DNA of 64,000 nucleotides from Setoptus koraiensis (Eukaryota; Animalia; Arthropoda): assembly GCA_048013815.1 (NCBI GenBank), contig CM106585.1, forward strand, positions 13,764,001 to 13,828,000, written 5' to 3'. Below the pieces are notes generated by a model. The model saw nothing but the letters and a program-made list of their open reading frames with translations, did no database searches and had not been told where the DNA came from. Position 1 is the first letter of the stretch. Every line of letters starts with the position of its first letter. The translations under genes and the position numbers were made by a program. Shown here piece by piece: positions 21,915-36,900 of this stretch.

Positions 21915-24900
21915 TCACCTGTGCCTGTGTGTGATTGAACTGACCAACTGTATTTGTTGGTCAACCAACCAAATACATTGCGTCATGTAAATACTAATAT
22001 TATTGGCATGTGTCTGTGGCAGATATGCCAGATTCCAGGTTGCCTGGCAACGATCCGACGCTGTCTGGCCACAGCAAATGCTAACTGTATCTGCATAGAT
22101 GCGCGATATAAATAATATCTATGCAGACACAGATTTAGATTTATTTGTATTGATGCTGTTACTGTGTTTGATGGTGCACTGATGCAACAACGTTGCATAA
22201 CAACACCTTATATAACAACAACAACACATTGTATAACAACAACACATTGTGCAACAACAACACTTGGCACAACAGGTTGTGTAACATTGTTGTTATAACA
22301 AGATCAATTCAATGCGCCCAATGTAAATCGCCCGCCAATCAAGCCAATCTGACGCGCTATTTAATTGTGAATTAATCAAATTGCGTCATCACATTGCGTC
22401 ATCGCGCATGCCAATCGGGCATTGCGATCAAATGAGATTACATTTACATTACAATTCATTTATTAGCATCATCATCTGTCTTGTAGCAACACACTTAGGC
22501 AGCAGTTAGGCAACACTGTTGCTGCTACTGCCAACAACTGCACCGTTACCAGACATTGCCCAACTGCACCGTTATGTTACCGTTACGTAACGTTACGTAA
22601 CGTTACGTAACGTTACGTAACGTTACGTAATGTTACGCAACCGTTTGAGAGACCTTGCCAAGGGCGCCAGCCTTGGACAAACAAGCGCTGTTGTAAGAGG
22701 GGCGCTTGTTGCGCTGATCGATTGGTGCATCGATCGACATAAGTCGATCGTAACTCATGCGACGACACAACATGCAAATAAACGCAAACTGCTGCCTCCG
22801 TTGCTGTTGCCGGCAAGCTGTTAGCGCTGGGTGCTAATTAGTGCATGCTAATACAATGTTGCGCAATATAATGTTTATGTTATTGGATAGACCAGTTTGG
22901 CGAGCTCAATTACAGTCGCTTCGCTGGTAGCGGTCGCTTGCCGCTTGTCGAGTGTCGAGTGTGTAACCAGTGAAGCAAAATCACAATTAGGTGAAGCGAG
23001 CCGCCAGTTGCAAATTGTGAATCGTAAAGTGTGAGCAAACACTTGCGATCGCCAACAAATGAATCTCCAATCTATAATCTGAAATCCGCAATGCGCAATG
23101 CGCTTGAATGCTCTCACAATTGGTTGTGCCGCCAAAACGGTCTTGCCAATTGGCGCAATTGATACAATTGTTGCAATACATAACCAATTGGGCCAATTTG
23201 CTCTTATTGTGTTGCCATCTTACCTTTTCCTTTTGTCTCACCAGTTGCTGTTGCTCGTCCAATTGCTTTTGCAGTTTGTTGCAATCCTGTTGCAGGTCGG
23301 CCATTTTGCTCTCGAATTCGCCAACTTTAGACTCCAGACTGCGCTTCAGTGCATATTTCTCCTGTTCCAGTAGCTGCATGCCAATAGTTGATAGCACATT
23401 GACAACAACAAGCGATTATAACGATGACAATGAATGAAACAGACATAAATTATCAGTATATAATTACAATAATAATCAATAGGGGGCCAATTAGAGAGAT
23501 TGTTCAGCCGGCCGACCGGATGAGGCCGACAGCGATTCATTGTCGCATGTAGGCATTTACAATAGACACGTATTACGTAACAAGACAATAGTGTTGAGTA
23601 TGTTTGCAATATTTGACCGCTATGCGCGATATTGGTCGCTTGTATGCTAAGTTGTATCGCACAAGTTGTGCCCCCTAGTGGCGAGAACACAGGGTAGCCC
23701 TATCAAAACCATATATTGGTATTTTGATTTGGTATTGTTGTGCATTTATCAAATTATATCAAAGCCTAAACACACACACACAGATAGGTGAGACAGGTGA
23801 GGGCATTAGTGGCTCGAGTGCAGGCCAGTTGAGGACAGGTGAGGGCAGGCTGATTGGCTTTTGCATTGGTGTGCCATTGACTCTGAATGGCTGGCAATGG
23901 ATCTGATATTTGATTTTGATATTGACGGTCATGCAATACAATTGCATTTTATAAGCACACTTTTATACGCAAAGATTTGCCCTCGGACTGGGCCTATTTG
24001 TGGTGCCAATATTGCTGATATTGACTGATATTGGTTGGCTCACTGTGGGCCGGTTGTTGTGTCGAGACGGCCGACAGTGTCAGCCAATTTGCTGTTGTCG
24101 TTGTTGTTGTTGTTGCATGTAACTCGATAATAACAGCAATAATAATAATAGTAATAATAATAATAATGATAATAAGCTCATAATGGTCTCGCCAATTTAG
24201 GTGGCGGCGAGGATGAGCAGTAGCACGACTCGCGGCTAATACAACACAGGTTATATAACAAGTTGCATTGTATTATGCAGGTTGCATTATTCAGATTGTT
24301 GTTGTTGTTGTTGTTGTTGCAACAACTAAATGGGCCGACAGAAAGCGCACAAAGGCCGCCAGTCCAATGTGAATAGAAAGGCCACAAAGATCGCCAATGA
24401 AAGGCCGATCACACAATAAAAATGAAAACACGAGCCACTCAAATCAAACGAGCAGCTCAAACGAGTTGCGTAATTCGAGTAGCCAGGTGAGCCGAGTTAA
24501 TTTAGTTAATTCAGTTAGTTTTGTGTTTACACGCGATGTATCTCGTTATTATTATGATCGTTATTATTATGATCGTTATTATTATCATTGCAGCGCTTGC
24601 AATCACTGCAATGCAATGACAAGCGGCTCGTTGTAACAAGTGCAACTTTGGTCTGTTGGCCCATTCCAGCGACCGCTCGCTGATTGGCCGGCCGGCCGGC
24701 CGGCCAGTTGGCGGTCAACCTGTTGAGTGCAAGCCGCAAATCGAGCAATGTTTAATTGGCCAATTAGCCCGCGTTCCGTAGAACGCTAATTGGAATGGGC
24801 GCTCGATGACAGTGACAGTTGTTGCGATTGAGACGTTATTATTGCCTATGAATATTACATAATAAATGACACAAGTTGTCGCTTGTCCACCCAAACCGCT

Positions 24901-27900
24901 CGATATGTGCGTATATCCGGTGCGAGTCGGCTTTTGGCTCAACCTTTTGACTCGAATCGAATCGCAATCGAAAGTTCTGAGCGAGCGGGCGCCGGTTTGT
25001 GGCGAGCTGATCGCGACAATCAAATGAGACGCTGCCTGCCTGGCCGAACAGGCGGCCAGCAGATATGCAATGGGCCCCAGTTTGGTCAATTGGGCACTGT
25101 CATTGGCTCACCGTGACACTGAACTCGGCCAGCCGCTCTAACAAGTAGTGACTCTAGCAACTTGCAAGGCCATGCGGCCCCTGGCGGCCATATTTGAGCG
25201 CGGCCCCTGGCGGCCGCACTCAAATATGGACAGACAATTATTTGCAGTGCGCACAAACAATTGCAATACGCACAAACAACTGCAATCAATTGCAAAGAAT
25301 TCTTCACTGTCCAATGGACAGTGTCCATACTAAATTGTCCATATCGGCCGACGAAACCATTGCCTGAGAGCGATGGGCAAGACCTCGGCGAAAGACAAAA
25401 CAAATCCGCGTGAACGAACCGCTCTATCAATTGAATTTGATTGCACTGTTGCATAATAACTCGAACGCCAGACAACGACGCCGGCCAATATTAATAGAAT
25501 GCATACATTATATGCTAATATTGGCCAGCTCAACATTGACAGCACAACAATAAAAGCAATTGCGACTGACCGACATATCTGGCCAATTTTGGCCACTTGG
25601 CCCGTTCGCCGCGTTCGCTACGCGATTGGCGTGCGTAACGACGTTTCGTTGCGTCGCATTACGTCACCTTCGGCGCGGCTTCGGCGCGGCGTCGGGCTAT
25701 TCTCAGCCCGCTGTCCATTCTCGGCTGTCTGTGCAAATTCGCTCGCCGCAGCGACTCACTGCACTGATTTGCATGAGCGAGCGGGCCGCGTCAGCCGTCA
25801 ATTGGCACCAATTTTGCCGCCCAAAAGAGCGATAAATAGGCTCACCTGTCGCCGTTGGTGTCGCTGTTTCGCTGGCGAGAATTTCCAATTGAAATTGTGT
25901 GTGTGTGTGTGTGTGTCCAAGCCGGATTAGACACACAATTTCGAGCTCACAGTTGCCAGCTCGAATCTGGCCGGCGAAGCTCGGCGCATGGTGCGGCTCG
26001 CCGGCACGGTCTTGGCAGCGAAATCAGTGCAGGGGATGCACACAAAAGGTACGCACAAACGATGCATGCGAATGCAGGGATTGAGCGGCGCGGATAATCG
26101 CGCCGGCAGCGCGAACGCGAACAGCGACAACGGGGCCGGCTGCGCGATCCAATCGCAACAGTCGGGCGTGAAATCGGCTTGCCAGTCCGGCCGGCGATGC
26201 GGCCGGCGAGCTTGCCGATTGGCGCGATCAGCCGGCTGTCAATTGGTTGAGCTTGCCGGTGAGTCGAGACACTTGAGTCGCTCGAGCGGCTCGAGTCGAG
26301 TGTCGGTCGGGCCGGCCGAGACGCTCGTTAGCGACCGACCGGCGCCACAATGAAGGCGAGCGCCAATTGGCGGCTTCGCGTCCGATTTAGCCGTGACCGG
26401 TGGCCGGCATTCAGCGCTGTCTTGTGTGTCACGCTGACCATGATTTACATAATACACTGCGCGCGCTGTTATTTTGTTGCCGTTGTCATGTGGCGGCTCG
26501 CTATGGCGAGTGCGTGCGACAGTGGCGCCAACTGTGCGTCACAAACAGGAAGTGATTGAGTGGTCACACAAAAACAAATGGCGCTGAGTATTTGTTTATG
26601 TTTGTGTGTTGCCCAACAAACAGTTACAGTTGCGTAACAGCTAACAGTGGGTGCCGACACTCACAAACTGTCGGTCAGCGAAAGTGTCAGTTGGCAGCCA
26701 AACAAGCTCGCTGGGGTGTCACCTTGTCACCCTGTCACACTGACCGGATGTGGCCAATCTCATTAATTATGTGGATTAATGGGCTCAAGCGAAACGATTA
26801 GATCACGTGATTGAGAGCGCACCGGAGAGCCGTGCCACTCGGACGATTACGCTCTAATGACCGCACTCTGACGATTAGACTGCGACGATTAGACTGCGAC
26901 GATTAGACTGCGACGATTAGACTGCGACGATTAGACTGCGACGACTAGACTGCGACGACGGCGCTCAGCGGTCAGCTGCTCGGGGCACCGGATGCGGCTA
27001 AACGGTCACCTGGAAAGTGTCTCCCATTGGGTCGCCCATTGCTTGCGCCCATCGCTTGCCAAACATTTGTCATCGCGATCAGCTGATTCTTCAACTGATT
27101 GCAACAGGTTGCAGTCAGCTGAAGGGTTGTAATTGTTTAATGGTCAAAACTTGACAAATCAATTGTGCCAACAATCGCAACGACACAAATCGAGCTGGTC
27201 TGACAACAATTGCCTGTGTGACTGGCGAATTGATTGTCAATTGCGCAAGTTGAACTTGTTTGTCTTGTGACGGCCTTTGGTCGGCCCAATGTGACCAATG
27301 CCCAATGTGATGGGCACTACTCACATAATGCTACATGCATTGTGATGGCGGCATGGCCCGATGGTCGGGCCGCCACAGTCGGGTCCCGTGGCCGCGCCCA
27401 GACCATTGTTTGTTGGCGGCGCGCGACTAATGCACCCAACGACAGCCCCGTGACCCGATGCCGACCGCGCGTCGGTCACTCGATCGTGTCCGCCGGTCGG
27501 CGGTATCACGCGGCCCGCAGCGACCGTTCAATTGGGAGACGCAGATTTGTTGTTGCTGTTGCCTATGATTCATAGGCTATGAACAACAACAACAACAGGC
27601 AACGGCAAACGGATAAAAAGGGCAAACAACAAACGTGCAACGACAGCGGCAAACGGATAAAAACAGCAAACAAACAACGAGCAGCAAACAACGAACGACG
27701 CCTATTGTTAAAATGGATAAATTGTATAAATACACACAGCATCGGCAATTGGCAATTGGCAATTGGCCGGCCAGGCGTGCACAATGGGCACAGGTGAGCT
27801 AACGAGTTATCGCAGTGGCTAGACTGTTGATCGATTGCGAAGTATTGCATGACATTGCAACGTATTTTGCCTCAATTGTCCGTTGTGCAGCCATTGAGGC

Positions 27901-30900
27901 TGTCAATACGTCAGAGACAAAGCATCCGTTGGCATGGTTACATCATCTGTGTGCATCATATCATCACTGACAATTGTCTTTTATCCGTTTGGCTCCCTTT
28001 TGAGACTCAAGTGATTTGAGAATCTCAACTTGAGACTCTCAAGAGTCGAGATTAAACTTGAGCCTGCGTGCGCCTAGTGGCCTTAGCGAGTTTGTTTGTT
28101 AGTGCGAGCGAGCTTGTCGACATTGCGCTGACAGTCAGCCGGTGAGTAACAATGACGAGCCGCTGATAACGTCAGAGATCGATAACATGTAACTGTCAAA
28201 TGTGTGTGTGTGTGTGTTCTCCCACAGACAATAATAATCATGGTTACATAACAACGACAACGACAACAACAAGGACAACAACAACAGCGACAGTGATATA
28301 ACCGTTGCAAGTTATAACGGTGGCATAACATGATGAGCGAGCGGCCGGGCAAGCGAGAGATTTTGTAGCGACGGCCGGATAAATGGCTGCTGGCAGCTCA
28401 TTGAAGACGATCGAAGATCAGCCAGCCAAGCCAGCGCAATCAGCCGGCGCTGAGTGATACCAACTTGCGCATTAGCTAATGAAACTAACGGACGCATGAC
28501 AGCCGGTGAGACGAGGCGAGCCGCCAAGCGGGCTCGGCTGGCAAGCTCTGGCAGGCTGGCAGACTCGAGTGAACTCGCAAACTCACAAGCTCGCAAACTG
28601 CCAAACTCACAAGCTCGCAAACTGCCAAACTCGCAAGCTCGCAACGGAGCTCGCCAGCCACTTGTGTCTGCAGCCTAACTTAGGTTGCCTAAGGCCAGAT
28701 TGGCCTGCAGACAGCGAGACTGTGCCCACAGGTATCACAGGTGAGATGAGTCAGCTCACCTGTGATACCTGTAGAATCTGCAGCAGCAGCGGCAGCAGCA
28801 GCGGCAGCAAAGGGCTCGAATAAGGGAGAGTGATGGCCCGGCGAGACAGAGAGCCAGACATGCATTCAATTAAGTGTTTCCTCTGCGCTCCGTCCTGCGT
28901 CCTCTGTCATTGTTGTCGTTGTTGTCGGTGTTGTCGGTGTTGTTGTCGGTGTTGTTGTCGGTGCTGCTGCTGTTGTTGTTGTTGCGCTCGAGGGTTGGAT
29001 GTTGTCGGTGTTGGCGTAGCAACAACAATCGCATGTATGACATAACATGTCGTTACTCTTGTCACCGTTATGATGCCATTGTTGGCCGCTCCGATTGCCA
29101 TTGTTTGACAAGCGCTGCTCGTCTGACCAGCCGCGCCAACTTTATCTTATCACTCGAGCACTGATTGAGGCTGCTCTCCGTCTGATCATCATACCATGAT
29201 CACGGTAGCATCATGTCATACATGTATAATAATGTTGTCAAGTTATAAGTTGTTGCCATGTTATATAATGTTGTATAATGTTATATAATGTTATGTAATG
29301 CCCACCACACAGCCTGTGCCAGTGTTGGCCACCAGGTAGCCAGGTAGCGGGCACTAGCGAGTTGGCGCTTGTAACAATTTCGCCTTTTGCAAGTGTTTGA
29401 GTGAGTTTGCAGTGAAGCAAACGAGCAGTGAGTAAGTGTTTTTAAACAGACACGATATTCATCTCTCGCTCTTGTTGTTTATCTAATCAAAGAAACACAA
29501 AATGGGCCCATTCTCTCAGCGATAATTGTTGTTGTTGCCAGCGCACACAAACATAACAATCGCAGCGCAACAATTGCCGCTCGAATTCTTTATTTATTAT
29601 CAAACAATTACTGAGGCAACTGGCCTTAGGCGGCTATATTTGTTGGCTGGCTGGCAGTGGCATTTCGCCTTTATCTCGTCTCTATTTTGCCTCTATCTCG
29701 TCTCTATTTTGTCTCTATCTCGCCTCTATCTTGCCTGTGTTTTGTCTCTGTTTTGTCTCCATTTTGCCTGTGTTTTGCCTGTGTTTTGCAGATGAAGCAG
29801 CGGCTCTAAATAGTCCGAGTTGACTGCTCTTATTCTCGTTCGAACAACAGCAACAATAACGACTGGCACTCGAGTGTCTTGACCGAAGAGCAAAGAGCGA
29901 AGGCCAACAAAAGCCACTTGTTTGTCACTGGTTGTCGCTGATTAATTACCGTTCATGAATAGTGGCGCTGACCGGCCAATTCACTCAGGCGACTCTGGCC
30001 AGCACAATAATAGCAGCAGCCCAATGCAGCTATTAATTATTCTGTATCACCTACTGTTACACTGTCGCTGTTGCGTCATTGTAAGTGCGAGCGGCGCTAA
30101 GTTGCGCACGGCGCAATTTTAATTTTTGAGCTACTCACGCCAAGCTCAGAATGGCAAGCTCAAAACGCCAAGCTCTCGACGGCAACTTTGTGAGGGCAAG
30201 TGGAATTAGTGGCATTAGTGCGCAAGTGCAAGTGAAAAGAACAAAGATTGTTTGCAAACAATCAACGACAGGCAAATAAACAATGAGCCGTCGAGCGCAT
30301 CCCGACTTTTGGCTCATTTGACTCACAACTTGTGACACTCGCAACATTGTCAGCCAGCTCGGGATATTGTTGGCGAGCCGGCAACGACAGCCAAAACAAC
30401 AGCCACAACAACAGCCACTGCTACCAACTCTTTGCTGCCAACTTGTGCCGTCCCGTGGCGCTGCGTGTCGCTGTGCGTCGCTGACCAGCGATACCGGCGG
30501 CCGCCGGGCAACGCAATCGCCGACACTTTGGCCACTCTGGCCACTCTGGCCACTCTGGCCGTCAGTTCGACTCGAAACGTCCCGACCTGTGAATGTCCGA
30601 GCGTCCGAGCGTCCGAGCGTCCGAACGTCCGGACGTTGGGATGTCTCAGCGTCCGAATGTTTGAATGTCCGACAGTTTGAACGAACGGGGCTCACCCTGT
30701 CGCCCGGCTCCGTTCCACTCGGGCCTCATTTGCATAATAATTCGCGTTCGCGCTCGCCATCGCATTTATTCATCGAGCGGCCAGCGATATGAGCCCGCAC
30801 GCCCGACAACGAGCGTCTTAATCACCGCGCTTTATGTGATTTATGCCCCCTGCGACACACGAGACACGGTGCCCGGTTGTTTGTTTGTTTGTTTGATTGC

Positions 30901-33900
30901 TTGCTGGCTTGATTGTTTGTTTGTTTGTTTGTTTGTGTGTTTGTTGTTTGTCCGGCCGATTGTTTGTCCGATTGTTTGTGTGATTGCGCCGGCCATAACT
31001 GTCCAAATCGCGGCACAAATATGAATGAAAGAAAAACTCGCCACTTTGGCCAGCATTAGCGGGCAAGTTCAAATGGCCCGTTAATGTGCCGCTAAGCGCC
31101 CATTATAATATTTAACAGGTGTCAGATACAGGCACGTTGGTTTTGATTGCAAGCAGTGCAAGAATGTGGGCGACAGCCAGCGGACAAAACCAACAAGCGG
31201 CCAACAGCAACAAACGCAACAACAAACGCAACAACGACAACAAACGCAACAGCGCCAACAGCGACAGCGACAGCAACAACAAACGCAAACGAGCGCATTG
31301 TAACGGAATTAATGATGGCATTAATAGACCGCTATGCGAGATTGTTGTGTGTCTTGGCATCCCGAGATAACATCTATCAGGCGGCTGACGGGTCTTATCT
31401 CATCTATCAAGCGCCGGCCCGTCTGATAGATGAGACAGGCGGCGCGTATTTGCATATTGTTGCTGTGTCGGCTCGCGTCGGCTTGCGTCGGATCCTGCTG
31501 GATTTGCATGCATGACGATGCATCATTTGAATGCAAATCCGACGCAATCCGACAAAATCCGACAAGCCGACGCAATCCGACAAGCCGACACAAGCCGACA
31601 GACCGCCTGACAGGCCGCAACTCGTTAGCGCTCGCTAAATAGATACTCTCGTGTCGCCTAATGCCCGCTCATAACTCAGTTGTTAATTATGAATAGCGAC
31701 AGCACGTTTGCCGGCTCGATTTTTCAATCCCGCCGACAACTGGCTGTCGCAAATTCGCCAGCTCGCCAGTCGCAAAGCCGGCGCGACATGCCGAGACAGT
31801 CATTTGTTGTTATTTGATATATGTTGCTCGCCGTTTATTATTGGCCATGTTGCCATTTAATGGCGCTCATTAGCGCTCAATGCGAAGACGCAACAAGCCC
31901 GTAGCCGCCCGAAAAGGATATGAGCATGTTAGCTGTGGGTCGCAAAGGTTGCCAATTGGCTTGCATTTCAACGCGCGAAAGGAATTAATTTATTTATCAC
32001 AAGACAAAATCGCATTTTCCTCATTATTCATTTTTTCCGCCTTTTTGATTGGCACTTTGCATTGGCAGCGTTGGCATTAGTGTAAAACTTTCATGGCGTT
32101 ATCATTTTATCGCCATTTATCGCCATTTTATGCCATTCCATGCCACTCTGTGCCATTTTATGCCTTTGTCAATGGCAATGGCAATGGCAATGGCAACGGC
32201 GATAAAACGCTGCCTACAAATCATATTTACGAACGCCGTCGAGTCACAATAATCAATTAGCGCCAACTTCCTGTCGGCGCCGCGTTTGTTCAGTTGCGCT
32301 CATTCAGTCAAGTTTGGCCCATCCGGCCACAATCTGGCCAATGCTGGGCCCCTGTCAAATCTCGCACAAATAACGGCGCGGTCTCGACAATCGAAAGGTT
32401 CCATTTTCGGGCCATTTTTAGCCATTTTTTAGCTTTTTTTGAGCCTTCTTCGAGCCATTTTCGAGCCATTTTTGAGCCTTTTTCGAGCCATCTTATCCGC
32501 ACGTACCCCAGTAAAGACCGTGCTGGCGCTTGGGAGCGAAAAGGTGCAACATCGCATCTATATTATCGGAGGACATGCAAAATATCATCTGATAACATAT
32601 ACCGTTCGCCGTGCTGACATGATGAGACTCGAAGATCATCAAGTTGCAGCGTCCGCTCGGTGGCAACACGATCCGGTCAAGAGCGACTCGCACACACACT
32701 GATCATGTAATCAAATGCAATCAGTCGATACAAAGTTTGTTTGCACTGCACGCCTTCGCATGAATTGAGCTCGAGCCGAATTTTTGAAAAATTTTCAAAA
32801 AATTTTCCAAAAATCAAAGCCTGATCCGGTCTGGCGAGACACGAGATCGCAGACAGGTAACTGGCTGGCACTGTCACACTGTGTACGCTGTGCACTGAGC
32901 GAATTATCTAAGACGTCCGAATTATCATAATGGCATAACGCTGAATCATTATTCAATTAGGCCCACGGGTCGGCCCGTTCAACAACGACACCAACGAGAC
33001 GTTCGCGGCTACAGTCTGTCGTGTTTGTTTGCTTACCTGGCGCCGTTTACGTGTTAGGCCGTCCATGCGACAGGTAAGCGAGCCGAGCCAGGTGAGCTAA
33101 CAACAGGTGGTTACAGGTGTGTTATCGTAGACTCTTTTGGCTGGCTGTTATCGCCAGCGCAAACGGTCTAGACAAACGGTCCAAGCGAACGGTCCAAACA
33201 AACGGTCCAGACTGTTCGGTTTGTTTGCATTTCGACGACGTGCGATTGCGCATTGTCGGACAAACACGGCCAGGCAACACTGGATGTAACAATGGCAAGT
33301 GTATCACGGCGCCGACAACAGAAGCGCCGGCCCGACGGCCGCGACAAGCCGTGAATAATTGAGTTTGTCGACTGCGATTGGGCACGACTCGCCCTTATCG
33401 CGGTGTGTGTATCTTCACGGCCAGTGCCGATTCGCACAGTGAAACAGCGGCCGGCCGCCCGACATATCAAATGGCCAGATATCAAATAAATCAAACGTAT
33501 CAGATATGCCAGATATATGTAAAGAGTGTTTGTTTGCCGGCCCACCGACAAGTTGCCCAACCGAGCGGTCGCCCGACCGAGCAGTCGCCGACCCGTCAGG
33601 TCGCCCGACCGCCAAGTCGCCAGCAAGCGCCGACAGGGGGCTCGCGCGAGACGATCAGCAGAGGGCGATAACTGCGACACGATAAGGCGATGCGATTACT
33701 GGCCACTATTACGACCACTGGGCGACCGGGCCACAGATTAGATTGCGCGCCCGCGTGTTTGTGTGCTTAATCTGGCTCAACGGATAATTGACATTGGGCG
33801 ATCGTGAGCGAGCGGCCAACAGAAGCCGCTTTTTATCGCAATTTTGGCAGCTCGATAGCTTGCCAAATTTCTTCTGTGTATGCGGCCACAGCCCGCGCTG

Positions 33901-36900
33901 TCTAGACTGTGCAAATCTGGCTCACACTGTACAGACTGTGCAAATCTGGCTCAGACTGTACAGGCTGTGAGCACGACTAGTGCGTTATCCGCCGCGGCCG
34001 CCGCACGTTATTATATCGCCGATTTATTATCGGTATTATATCGATATTCGAGCCATTGCCAGCTTGTCGAGCCATTGCCGGCTTGCGAATTTTGTTGCAC
34101 GCCGAATATCGGCATAATACAATAATAATAACTCATTATTGTGTGTTAATGAGTCGCCCGATGGGTCGCTCGCTAAGCTGCCCCCAACGGGCGCTGTGAG
34201 AGCGATAATAAGTAACGTCACCGCGAGCGCGAGCGGGGGTCAGCCGAACTCGGCCAACTAACCGAACTTGGCTGTGAACGGGCCGACGCTTGATGGCTCC
34301 CGACGGGCGATTGTTTGTTTTTCGCCGGCTTCTCTGGCTTCGCGGCCTCGCCGGCTTCTCTGGCCGCCCCCTCTAAACGGTCTCGCCATTCGAATGGTCT
34401 TCTAATCGAAACGGTGACGCAATCGAAATGCAGTCGCGCAATCCGAACGGAGGCGTCTCTCGTGCAAGCGTTGTGGCTGTTGTCGCTGCTGTTGTTGGCG
34501 CTGTTGTGGCTGTCGTTGGCGCTGTTGTTGTCGCACAATGGCGAGCCAGTCCGACTGGCAACCGGCAACGGCAGCTCAATCTCAAAATAAACAGATTCAA
34601 ACAGATGCCAGTCGGCGCCAATATCGGCCGCCAATATCAGCTGGCAAGCGCGGCCAGTTTTCATTGCCAACAACAGGTGACATTCGCCACCGCTTGTGAG
34701 CCGATGCAAAAATGCCCAAGCAGCTACCTGTCGGTGCCCGCTGAGGGCACCCTGACCCTCGCTGGGCAGCTCGCTGCTGCCGCTGTTTGCTGGCTGCCAC
34801 TCTTTTGCCAGCTCCTTACCGTAGTTCTCAAGCGGACCCTTTCACACAAGTTATAGTGCGACTCACTGCTAGTTAGTGAACTCTCTGATTTAATTTATCT
34901 TTATCTCTGTTTTATCTTGCTTTTGTGCCTTTGTGCGTTCGTTACAAGCGCACACAAACAAGCTGTGACACTTGAGCGAGCCACAGGCTGCAGTTGCGCA
35001 ACCGTCCGTTCGAGCGTCGAACGGCGAACATTCGAGCGTTCGAGCGTCGAACATGCGAACGTCGAACGCCAGAGTGTTCGAGCGCCACAGCGTTCGAACG
35101 GCAGAACGTTCGCATGCTGGAGCGGCAAGGTTCGAGCCGCGAGCGCCGAGCTGCCAACCAACGAGCTAAACTATCGAAAGCAAGCGATCAGTGGGTAACA
35201 ATCAATACGCCGATCAAAGGTCAACCGTTTATCCGTCTGTCGCAACCTGACTCCCTTTATAACCGCTTGCATCCTGCTACCGCACGGGCACAATTCCCTT
35301 ACACCTTAGACACCTTACGCCCGACAGCTCGCTTTGTGTCTCGTCTTGCTGCTGTCAGCAATGCCCGGCCAAATCAGCTGTTGTGTGACTGTCTAGCCAC
35401 ACTTAGCTTGCCAGCAGCTAACCATAGCCACTGTGCATGACATTGCACAGATTTATAAAGGAGCCAGCATCATCTAAAACACAAGCTGGCTACGCTGTCA
35501 AGCTGCTCGGTGTCACACGCACTTGACACACACACACTCTGGCGCTGTGACAGCGCATCACCTGTCGAGCATCAGCTGTCGAGCATCAGCTGTCGAGCAT
35601 CAGCTGTCAAACATCAGCTGTCGCTGTGTCCACATGCGCTCTTGTTTGGAGTCCGTCATCTTGTTGGCACAGATGACAGTTGTGTTTGTATTGCATCATG
35701 TGTCATGCGTCATGTGTAATGTGTCAGGGTCAGACGGCTCACAAGTGTCACGTGCAAACGACAAGTCGACTCACCAGCTAACCACCAAATGTCACTCGCA
35801 CGGTGTCAATGACTCGCTTGCCGCTGACCAATGGGATGTCGCCACTGTCGCGCGTGCATCCGTCATCAACTGACAGCAGCTAGCAGCAATTGACGGCGCC
35901 CAGCAGCATGACACGGCCCGACCGGCTAACGGGCCGGCCGACGAATGACGGGCCGGCCGACGAATGACGGGCCGCCGCCGCCGGAGCAATCTCCGGCGGC
36001 GCCCGGCGAGCCACTCGACGACGTAACAAGCAACAACAATCAAATCAGCGCCGACCACAATGCAAGTCACCAGAAAGCTGCCGTATAATGGCCGCATGGT
36101 GGCTGTCTGATGGCTGTATCATGCGCAATGCGCAATGTATAATGGAGCCGGATACATTTGACTAATCTGGCGAGACCGGCTCGATAAAAGTTGTTGCTTT
36201 TGTTGTCGTCAGTGTCGATGTTGTGCGCACGGTGACGTTGTCGTTATCGGCGCTGTTGTCGCTGTCGTTGTTGTTGCTGCTGCTGTCGTTGTTGTCGTTG
36301 CTGTCGTTGTTGTTGTTGTCGCTGTTGTTGTTGTTGTTGTTGTCGCGGCTGTCGCTGGATTGATTTTCATTTTGGTTTGTGGCCAATTAAGCGTGACCTG
36401 ATTGAATTGTAAGCGCGAGTGTCTGCGCGCTGAAAAGTGGAAAATCTCAGTCGTTACCATCGGCTCTGCAGCGCCTGACTGTCGCTCGGATTTAGAGACG
36501 TTTATTTTTCGCAATATTGGCGCCATTGTTGTCGTTGTTGCTGTCGTTGTTGTTGCTGCTGTTGTTGCTGCTGTTGCTGCTGTTGTTGCTGCTGTTGCTG
36601 CTGTTGTTGTTGTCGGCGCTGTTGTTGTTGTCGGCGCCGTTGTTGTTGTTTCGTCACAAACAAAAAACCCGTCGTCGTCACAGGCCGTCTATTACGAGCC
36701 TATCTGGCCAATTTGTCGCCAATTGTGTGCGACGGCAGCAATTGAAAATCGCAGCCAATTGGTCGCCGACTAGCTCGATTGAGTCAACACTCGGCACGCC
36801 GAGCCGGTTGTTGTTATTTCTTTCTATAAACAACACACACTGTCGCAATACCTGTGCAACGGATCGGCCGACACGGGCCGATTCAAGGCTGACCAGCAGC

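Noticed and set aside
26870-26953. Regular short repeats (also 41696-41776, 37515-37585, 35560-35625) as a possible CRISPR array
   Set aside because: Head-to-tail units without unique spacers, in a eukaryotic intron with no cas genes.
29333-29347. Two tandem CAGGTAG (Zelda-type) sites
   Set aside because: Only one local 8-nt duplication in a region full of such duplications; not enriched.
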